In this document: positions 23,598 to 32,917 of the stretch, one piece after another | Layout: the number at the start of each line of letters is the position of its first letter | Numbering within the stretch: position 1 is the stretch's first letter | Source of the DNA: Octopus bimaculoides | Taxonomy: Eukaryota | Assembly: GCF_001194135.2 (NCBI RefSeq) | Contig: NC_068996.1 | Span: forward strand, 11,846,848 to 11,879,764 | Length of the DNA: 32,917 bases | Direction: 5' to 3' | Notes under the pieces: model-generated | Database searches by the model: none | Seen by the model: only the letters and a program-made list of their open reading frames with translations | What the model was told of the DNA's origin: nothing | Made by a program: the position numbers and the translations under genes

Positions 23598-24181
23598 GGA
23601 TCTTTTTTAAAACGGGGGCCACATTTTTCATTAATGTTTAACGTAGTGTTTTTGGTACCGAAAGACTTTCAAACATCGTATACTTATCTATTTTGTGTTA
23701 TAGAACAGAAAAATATTTTTGGATTCGAATTTATTTCATGTAAAAAATTGTCTTATTTCGATAATTTCAACCAATCACTGACGTCCATTCAGCCGATATA
23801 CATTAAGTGCCGACTACATAAACAAACGATTCTTCGTTTTATTTGCTTTTTTCATTTTAAATTTGCTTTAACCTTAACCCTAACCCTAACTCTAGGGTTA
23901 GGGTTAGGGTTAGGGTTAGAGTTAGGGTTAGGGTTAGGGTTAATTGTTTCAGAATCGTTTGTTTATGTAGTCGGCACTTAATGTATATCGGCTGAATGGA
24001 CGTCAGTGATTGGTTGAAATTACAGAAATACAACAACTTTAACATGGAATAATTTATGGATTTCTTTTTTTTTAAAGAAGACTAAGAGAAAAAGATGTTT
24101 TATATGACACATTCTACCAGTGTTCCAAGTTTCAAAGTGTTTCGTTAATGAAAAATGTGGCCCCCGTTTTAAAAAAGATCC
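23598..24181. mobile_element. Young 584-bp MITE with perfect 37-bp GG-ended TIRs, 8-bp TSD, nested perfect 72-bp inverted repeat and central inverted telomeric repeats (Merlin-like)
   Basis: TIRs 23598-23634 / 24145-24181 (37/37). TSD CAATACGT at 23590-23597 and 24182-24189. Inner inverted repeat 23762-23833 / 23951-24022 (72/72). About 4 TAACCC units then about 8 AGGGTT units at 23869-23942. Confidence 0.92.
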
Positions 24182-24980
24182 CAATACGTTAATGCAATAC
24201 GTGTATGTGAACATCCATGCCAGTCTGAAGAGGATTTGAATAGTTGATATAAATGAATTATAAGATTCATCAGTACTTCAAGAAGGTCATTTTATCCCTC
24301 GCAGTCTTGAAGATACTGCTAAAAATAAATTATGCCTGAGCACTTCCGCTCTTGATAAGCTATTAAAATTAAAATTTGTAATCTAAGTGTAGAGAAATTG
24401 ATTCTTCCGGTAGTGGACATCATCTGAAGCTGACCGAGACATATTTCTCAACGAGATATATTCTACAGAATATTTTTTTTATTTCGCAATGCGTATATTG
24501 CTGGTATATTCCTCGTCAGCATTGACGAGTGAAAGGGGATATCATTGGCCTTCACAGCAGCAGGTCTGAGCGTAAAATAGTAAAACATTAAAAGAAAAAA
24601 AAACGTATGTAAAAAAAAATCATAAATAATTTATTAAGTATGTATTTTCAGTGTCTCGTGCGTCGGTTTCAGAAAGCATAGTGATGTTATATCTTATTTT
24701 ATTGCGTCTCACTGTAGAGTTGTTTTGAAATCCGTTGACAGTCGTGAAGTAAAACGTAAAATGAAAAATTATCATTGACCGCAACCCAACCACTCGATTT
24801 ATGATGTTCGTCGGAATTCTATCTGTATTTCCTCTTCCATCACCTCCTTTTGCCCTTCTCTCTCACTCACTCTGTCTTTCTCTCGCCTCCCTTTTCTCCT
24901 ATCGCTTCCTCTCACCTCTCTTCCTCTGAACTATACAGATTTCATTTCTATTTTTTTCTCTCTACGGTTCTCTCAAATAT

Positions 24981-25033
<53 letters not shown>

Positions 25034-25127
25034 CACAGACATATGCAATTACATTACACGTATATGCATTTCCGACGAATCCAGTCGAACTTTGGATAGA
25101 TTGTTGTACAGTGCTCTTTTGTGCCCC

Positions 25128-25646
25128 NNNNNNNNNNNNNNNNNNNNNNNNNNNNNNNNNNNNNNNNNNNNNNNNNNNNNNNNNNNNNNNNNNNNNNNNN
25201 NNNNNNNNNNNNNNNNNNNNNNNNNNNNNNNNNNNNNNNNNNNNNNNNNNNNNNNNNNNNNNNNNNNNNNNNNNNNNNNNNNNNNNNNNNNNNNNNNNNN
25301 NNNNNNNNNNNNNNNNNNNNNNNNNNNNNNNNNNNNNNNNNNNNNNNNNNNNNNNNNNNNNNNNNNNNNNNNNNNNNNNNNNNNNNNNNNNNNNNNNNNN
25401 NNNNNNNNNNNNNNNNNNNNNNNNNNNNNNNNNNNNNNNNNNNNNNNNNNNNNNNNNNNNNNNNNNNNNNNNNNNNNNNNNNNNNNNNNNNNNNNNNNNN
25501 NNNNNNNNNNNNNNNNNNNNNNNNNNNNNNNNNNNNNNNNNNNNNNNNNNNNNNNNNNNNNNNNNNNNNNNNNNNNNNNNNNNNNNNNNNNNNNNNNNNN
25601 NNNNNNNNNNNNNNNNNNNNNNNNNNNNNNNNNNNNNNNNNNNNNN
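25128..25646. other. Assembly gap (N-run)
   Basis: N-run. Confidence 0.99.
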
Positions 25647-25841
25647 ATATATGTATACATATATACATATGTATATATATATATATACACACATATATAT
25701 ATATATGTATATGTGTGTGTGTGTGTGTAGGGTGCGAGTGGTATTTGGTATACAATAAAACAACTATATTTCAGCATAAATAAATATGTATTTGAATAAA
25801 CATTTGTGCAATTAGTCTTGATAATGATTTTCTAAAGCAAA

Positions 25842-26084
25842 TTATTCTATGAAACCGCCTTCAGCATCGATAACTGCTTCAATGCGGGACCGAAAAGGCT
25901 GGCATGCTGACACTATCTGGTCATTGTTCCTTTCAGACATCACCTGGACAATGGCGGCCTTCAGTGAAGCTATGGTATTATGAGGATGACGATTAGTCTC
26001 CCTTTCAACAGCGCTTCACACGTCGTCGTCCATGGGGTTCAAAGCTGGCGAGTTTGGAGGCCACATATTAGAAGGGTTATCTGG
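25842..26084 (-). pseudogene. C-terminal fragment of a second maT-like Tc1/mariner transposase
   Basis: MWPPNSPALNPMDDDV*SAVERETNRHPHNT..LKAAIV..FRSRIEAVIDAEGGFIE* (stop 25842-25844). Confidence 0.85.
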
Positions 26085-26529
26085 AAAAAAATGATGCACA
26101 AAATAATTTGAAGGTGTAATAGATAATAGATATATATATAGAAGCAAAAACTGAAAATATTCAGAAGCCTAGCACTCGTGCAGAACTATTTAAATATTTA
26201 TATAATTTATATATTTACAGAACAAATTTACGCGGAAATATAGAGAAAGCTAATGTATTTCATGTCCAACAGCTGTTTCTGGAGGATCAGAATTACATAA
26301 TCGTCATAATGTTTATAATTGGCAAATTGCGTGCATATAAACATCACCGTAAGACTGGCTGCTATCTTCTAGCTCTAGAAGATAGATGTCCTCTTGGGGT
26401 TAAAAATCGTAATAGAGTCCGCTCGAAAGGATAGCCATGTTAAAGTGGCTACGAACATTACTTGTCAGTACAACTACTGCGTTGATCTCTTAGAGAGAAT
26501 TTAAAACTAGCATTTTTCATACCGCCCAC

Positions 26530-27300
26530 ATACATGACAAACATACATGCGCGTCCTCACACACACACATATAGACGAACGCACATATATACACACACAC
26601 ACCCATATATACGCGCACGCCTACATACACAGCCGCATACACATGCACACACATACACACAGGAGTGCACACACAAAATAACACACATACCTGGCACACA
26701 TACGCACGCACACACATACACACCTCTCAAATACATAAAACCACACACACACACATACACAACACACATACACATATACACACATGCACACATACACACA
26801 TACACACATGCACAGACGCACACACACCTCTCACATACACAATACTCACCCACATACATAACACACACGCACGCACGCAAACATACACAATATACACATA
26901 CACGCACGCACAAAAAATATACACACACGCGCACATAGAAGCACACATACAGGCACACATAAACACACACACACCCGTACCTAACACCCACAATCCCACA
27001 CATACACGCACATACACACACATACACACACACGCACACACCCACATACACACTCACACAGACACGCATACAATCACACACGCATGGGCATAAACAACAC
27101 GCGCACATACAATAGCAAACGCACGCACACACACGTATGCAGCAACGCACATATACACAACATACACAAACACACAAACACACGCGCACGCACAAATAAA
27201 TACACATACACACACGCGCACATACAAAATACACACACACACGTACACGTACCCAACACCTACAACCCCACACAAACACGAACACACACATACTCAAAAA
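26530..27300. repeat. Long, highly degenerate CA-rich low-complexity tract
   Basis: Direct reading; source of many H/T/V/C-rich pseudo-ORFs. Confidence 0.9.
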
Positions 27301-27379
27301 ACCGCCTGTTGACTTTCTACCTACACTGTCTATAAGCGTCCACTAACCAGTCTTGCTACTAATTTCTTCCACTACGTCT

Positions 27380-27413
<34 letters not shown>

Positions 27414-27439
27414 AACAGATAAACCACCAAACCATGCAC

Positions 27440-27804
27440 NNNNNNNNNNNNNNNNNNNNNNNNNNNNNNNNNNNNNNNNNNNNNNNNNNNNNNNNNNNNN
27501 NNNNNNNNNNNNNNNNNNNNNNNNNNNNNNNNNNNNNNNNNNNNNNNNNNNNNNNNNNNNNNNNNNNNNNNNNNNNNNNNNNNNNNNNNNNNNNNNNNNN
27601 NNNNNNNNNNNNNNNNNNNNNNNNNNNNNNNNNNNNNNNNNNNNNNNNNNNNNNNNNNNNNNNNNNNNNNNNNNNNNNNNNNNNNNNNNNNNNNNNNNNN
27701 NNNNNNNNNNNNNNNNNNNNNNNNNNNNNNNNNNNNNNNNNNNNNNNNNNNNNNNNNNNNNNNNNNNNNNNNNNNNNNNNNNNNNNNNNNNNNNNNNNNN
27801 NNNN
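27440..27804. other. Assembly gap followed by (TAGA)n
   Basis: N-run. Confidence 0.99.
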
Positions 27805-27809
27805 TATAT

Positions 27810-27860
<51 letters not shown>

Positions 27861-28600
27861 TAGATATCATACATATTCTTCATAAATGGATAAAAGTGAA
27901 TATAAAACCTAATAAACTATAGACAAAGAAAAAAATGATTTCAATATATAAATTCAAAGTAAATATTTTTTTAATATAACAAATGACGAAAGGAATATCA
28001 AATACAATCAGTAAAAGTCACATGAAAAAAAAACATAATGACATTTAAAAGAAATAACTTTTATAAATAAAAACGCAACCAAACGAATTAAAAAAATAAA
28101 TAATAAAGAAAAATATATTTAAAATAATAAAATATATACAAATATACATTTTTTAAAGCAAATTGTATAAATATATAAGTAACGTGTTTTCGTAAATAAA
28201 TATTTAAAAAATAGCAAAGGAATCAAATTAAGAAATAGCGTAAAAAATTGGAAAACTAGGGGAAAAAACAATAAATAAATTCAAATAAAAATTTATATAA
28301 AGAAATAAGTAAAGTTTTTTAGCAGAAATGTTGAGATTTCTGATAAATTCTACGCCAGAGTAATTAGAATGATGGCTTGCAGGCATCAGTCAGACTCTCG
28401 TTCAGATCGTCAATTCCCATGAGTCCTGTTTGCTTAAGGAGCAGAACTTCTCACGCCGAGTTTTAAGATCTTTTCAATAATGATACACGGATGTGAAGAA
28501 TTTGCAAGGGGAGAAAGAAAACATCAAGAAACAGTAACGACAACGTTGCAGATGTCCGTCCAGTATTAAGGAATGGCGGTTAGCAAGAATTCTAGAATTT

Positions 28601-28984
28601 ATCTTTTACTTGTTTCAGTCATTTCACTGCGCCCATGCTGGGACACCGCCTTGAAGAAGTTTTAGTCCAAGGAATTGACCCCGGTACTTTTTTTTAAGCA
28701 TGATACTTATTATATCGATGTCTTTAGCCGAACCACTATCTATCAGCATTGGCAAACACCAACGCCGGTTGACAAGCGGTGGTGAGAGACAACCAGAGAC
28801 ACAAAGACGTATATATCGATATATAAATTCAATGGGTTTCTTTTAGTTTCCGTCTACCAAATCCACTCACATGGCTTTGGTTGGCTCTAGGCTGTAGTAG
28901 AAGACACTTGTCCAAAGTTCCACGTAGTGGGAGCGTAACCGGAACCATGTAGTTAGGAAGGAAGCTTCTTACCATACAGTCGCA
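28601..28984 (-). mobile_element. SINE family A copy
   Basis: Homology to 7281-7680 along its whole length. Confidence 0.85.
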
Positions 28985-29016
28985 GAGAATCATTATTATT
29001 ATCATTTTTAATAAAA

Positions 29017-29211
29017 GCGGTGTACTAGCAGATTTGCAAGCACACCAGCAAAACGCTTAGCGACATTTCATCCATCTTTACGTTCTGACTTCAACTTCCG
29101 TCGACTTTACCTTTCATCCTTTCGGGGTCGATAAAATAATTACCAGTTGATCACTGAAGTCGATGTAATTGACTTGCCCGCTTCCCTAATACTGTGCCAA
29201 AATTTTAAACC
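29017..29211 (+). mobile_element. SINE family B copy
   Basis: gtcgactttacctttcatcctttcggggtcgataaa..ccagtt..cgatgtaattgactt. Confidence 0.8.
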
Positions 29212-29870
29212 ATTATTATTATTTTGGTTTGGCTCAGGTCCAGTCTTATTTCTGGTGGGATTTACGTGGGTAGCAGGTTACTATCTGTATCCTCGAGTTT
29301 TCAGCAGTCTTTCAAGTGCCTAGAACCCTCCTGATAATCCTTGTTGTCCCCAAGAGGCAAACTTTCTGTCGGAGCCCTACCGTGTAGTTAATTTCAATCT
29401 AGTCATATGTCTATATCTTTGCTTACTGTTCCCAACGCACCAATTATTATAGGCACGACCTTTACTGTTCTCTTGCTCCAAATTCTTTCTATTTCAAATT
29501 TTAAGGGATTGTATTTATTTTCGTCCACTTTCCTTACGATCCTGGAATCAAACGGCCATGATACGTCGATCAGTAAGCAACTTCGCTTTTCTTTATCTAT
29601 AATAGTTATGCCCGTCTATTATTTTTTAATTGTTTGTCCGTTTGAATAGGGAAGTCCCACAAAATCTTACGAGTCCAGTACACTTTCAATTTGGTAATTG
29701 TACCATGTGTTTCCAGCTTCAAATCCCATTTCTGGCACAGCTTTCGGGGTAAAACTTTTACAGCCTGGTTATGCCTCCATTTCTTATATTCTTCCTGTGC
29801 CAACTAGGAGCATTCTACCACAATGTGTGCAACTGCCTCATACCAAGTTCCACAGACTCTACATATTTCT
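29212..29870 (-). mobile_element. R4/Dong-like 3' fragment (knuckle, RLE, 3' UTR, short TAA tail)
   Basis: Minus strand: CRVCGTWYEAVAHIVVEC..RHNQA..KILWDFPIQTDK..LLIDVSWP..VPIIIGALG..QKVCLLGTTRIIRRVLGT* (stop 29312-29314); (TAA)n at 29212-29223. Confidence 0.88.
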
Positions 29871-29945
29871 AACACATTCTCTCTCTCTCTATATATATTT
29901 TTTTTCTCGTGTTTGCTTTTATCGCTTGATCTTCGGCTGCTACAA

Positions 29946-30132
<187 letters not shown>

Positions 30133-30277
30133 ATAGAAAGGATTGAGGTAACTCCTCCTGAAGATATAGTCAAAATTAAAAGAAGAGTGCCATTTGCTTG
30201 TGAACAATATTTCGACATCTTGCGTCTCTTCCACTGGTTCAAAAAATAAATTTGTCAATCTACTTCATTTGGATAAG

Positions 30278-30455
30278 AGCACCGAGCTGGCAGAATCGTT
30301 AGCACGCCGGGTGAAATGCTTGGTGGTATTTCGTCCGATGCCGACTTTACCTTTCATATTTTCGTGGTCGATAAATTAAGTACTAGTGAAATTCTGGGTC
30401 GATGTAATTTACTAGTCCCCCTCCCAACAAAATTTCAGATTTTGTGCCTTTAGTA
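30278..30455 (+). mobile_element. SINE family B copy with internal deletion
   Basis: gagctggcagaatcgttagcacgccgggtgaaatgctt..gactttacctttcat..gtcgataaattaagtac. Confidence 0.8.
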
Positions 30456-30813
30456 GCAATGATTATTATTACTATTATCCTCCTCCTCCTCCTCCTCATC
30501 ATCATCATTGTTGATGTTGCTTTGTTTAGTAAGCAAAATTCTGTTGAATTAGTAATAGCGATTTTAAAGAATCAGGTGTTATCAGGTTCAAGATTTTTTT
30601 TGTGTGGCGGGATGTGTGCAGTACCCATAAGAAAAAAAGTTTTGTGGTTCTGATATCTTTTTATGGGTACTAGATTTGATTTGGTATACTTGGACTGAAA
30701 TGAGGAATTAGGGAGGAGTGCTAGGTGCAGGATTGTGCAGGAAAAAAATATGTATAACGATTCTGACGACGTGACGTAATTTATATCAGATCTTTAACTA
30801 ATGAGATAGGCAT

Positions 30814-30920
30814 CCGTCTGTCAAATCCACTCACAAGGACGCCCAGCTCAATCCGGTTTGACAACAGAAACGCTTCTCCAAGATGGCCAAAGAGAGTGAC
30901 TGAAACCGAAGTAAACCGCT
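30814..30920 (-). mobile_element. Partial SINE family A
   Basis: tccgtctgtcaaatccactcacaagg matches the family A core. Confidence 0.55.
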
Positions 30921-30963
30921 CAACCGAACAGCCACGTTTTTGCTTCACATACACTCATATGTT

Positions 30964-31015
<52 letters not shown>

Positions 31016-31468
31016 CGTGTGTGTGAAAGAGAGAGAGAGAGAGTGTGTGTGTATGTATGTGTGTGCGCGCTTACGCGTGTATATTTAGCTGTGAGTTTTA
31101 ACATATACATACGTATAAAGACAGACGTATCAAAGTATGGAAAATTCGAAGGTACACACGTGTTTTAATCAGGCATTTCTTTTCCTATCTGTTTGTTGTG
31201 TTACTTATTTGTTTTTGTTTATTTCTATCTTATTCTACTGTATTACAGAGTTCGCACGAAATTTTATTCTATTTCTTTTCCGTTTCGTTTTTTTCTTTTT
31301 TGTTTTCTTTTTGCGGTATGCAATTCACACTGCGCAACATTTGTGTTAATCTTGTTTTTGTGACTGCGCTTTGTTCATCACCTTTAGAATCTTTTTTCAC
31401 CTGTTCTAACCTTTCGTGTTGACCAACTGTCCCCTCGTTCCATTTGTACTATTTTATCCATATACATA

Positions 31469-31541
<73 letters not shown>

Positions 31542-31725
31542 ACAACACGCACATACACACAACACGCACATACACATATATATATATTATATTCTTATAT
31601 GTATATATATGTTTGTGTGTGTGTATAGTTATGTATATACGTATACGTATATACATACACATACACATAAATGTATCTCTCTTTATTCTTCTCCTTGCTA
31701 TCCCCTTGTCTCTCCATCTTTCCCT

Positions 31726-31772
<47 letters not shown>

Positions 31773-32240
31773 AAATCCTCTACTGAAGAACAAAGCTTTG
31801 TTGCTAGGTGAGAAAAGAATATTATCACATTGGATCATTTTTTCTTTTATGTATTATATTATTGCCAGGAATAACAAAAACGCTTTATTTTGAAGAAAAT
31901 AACATCCAAATTTTGCACTCTTACGTACTGCATTCGTTTACACAAAGATTTCTTGATCAACGGCGAATTTTTCTTACATAAAATGAAATGGTTGCCATTA
32001 GAATATCGTTGTTTGTTGACTTGCTTAGTTAAATCAGACCTGTAACTAAAAAAAAAAAAAAATTAAATTAAATAAAAACAATTTTGACTAGATCAAGATT
32101 TACATTAGAAACTGTTAAACCAGTTACTAAAAGACGTTTGATCGTAATTTCCTTCAGACTCCGTTTACAGAAAAACAATGATACAAATTAATATTAACAT
32201 GTTTCTTATGTGTTTCTTACGTGTTTCTTACATGTTTCTT

Positions 32241-32388
32241 CAGAGTTCAAATGCTGCCAGGGTCGGCTTTGCCTTTCATCCTTTTGGTGTCGATAAAATG
32301 AGTGCCAGTTGAATACAGGGATCGATGTAATCTACTTGTCCCTTCTCCGAAATTGCTGGCCTTGTGCTAAAATTTGAAACCAATTTTA
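32241..32388 (+). mobile_element. 5'-truncated SINE family B
   Basis: gagttcaaatgctgccagggtcggctttgcctttcatcc..gtcgataaa..gatcgatgtaatc. Confidence 0.75.
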
Positions 32389-32545
32389 ACATGTACCAAA
32401 CACGCCTGGAGGGACCTCCCCTAACTGCCAAATAAATTTAAATATTAGTTGATAACTAATATCGTTTGTCCTTACCCCAAATTATTTCTAGTTAGAGGTT
32501 AATACTAACATGTTAATGTATGCATATATATATATAAATATATAC

Positions 32546-32580
<35 letters not shown>

Positions 32581-32917
32581 GATATATATATAGGAAAATG
32601 AAAAAAAGCCAGAATGCTGAACTGGAAGCATAATTTAATAAAGATTTTTTCTAACCGGTTTTCATTGCGAAGTAGCAAATTATCAAGAAGGAGAATGAAG
32701 ACGTTTTTTTACAAAGAAGTACAAAATGAAGAAAAATAATATATAAAACAATAATATATAAAAAAATAAATATACCCATACATTATATTGTCTTTGAGCT
32801 TTTGTAGTTCAATAGTAGTTCATGTATAAATTGGTAGGAAAAACAAGGATGCATGAGGGTTGAGGGTTTTGTTGGGTTTAAAAAAAGGGGTTAAAAGTTT
32901 GTGTTAAGCAGGAAATG

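Noticed and set aside
23869-23942. Telomere-telomere fusion scar or true chromosome end
   Set aside because: The order is C-strand then G-strand, opposite to a fusion (TTAGGG then CCCTAA); the tract is short and enclosed by TIRs and a TSD
24478-24530. CUGACGA...GAAA on the minus strand
   Set aside because: No stem I or stem III can be formed around the boxes
26517-27335. Numerous H/T- or V/C-rich ORFs here and at other CA/TA/TATG/TAA tracts
   Set aside because: Translations of simple repeats that lack stop codons; no domain content

Overview
Gene-poor, AT-rich eukaryotic DNA packed with microsatellites and transposon relics, with six assembly gaps (~2.9 kb of N). The repeat style (tRNA-derived SINEs, TA/CA/TATG/TAA microsatellites, TTAGGG repeats) suggests an octopus or other cephalopod scaffold; this is inference. 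I could not support any host protein-coding exon. Nearly all ORFs in the track are artefacts of N-runs, microsatellites or antisense reading of transposon fragments. Supported content: (i) six fragments of R4/Dong-like non-LTR retrotransposons (RT, CCHC knuckle, RLE endonuclease), all co-oriented with the TAA strand of adjacent microsatellites; (ii) two decayed Tc1/mariner maT-type transposase fragments, one showing D37D spacing; (iii) a 5'-truncated LINE-like 3' end encoding two C2H2 fingers inside a TATG array; (iv) two GG-ended MITEs with 8-bp TSDs carrying telomere-like TTAGGG repeats; (v) at least three tRNA-derived SINE families plus a palindromic tRNA-headed element; (vi) a ~215-bp-arm inverted repeat with an 11-bp TSD in which each arm carries a minimal type I hammerhead ribozyme of the Penelope-like-element kind, plus several weaker hammerhead-like motifs elsewhere. 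The best candidates for something undescribed are the paired-hammerhead foldback element, the telomere-repeat MITEs and the microsatellite-targeted retroelement cluster. None is proven novel without database searches.
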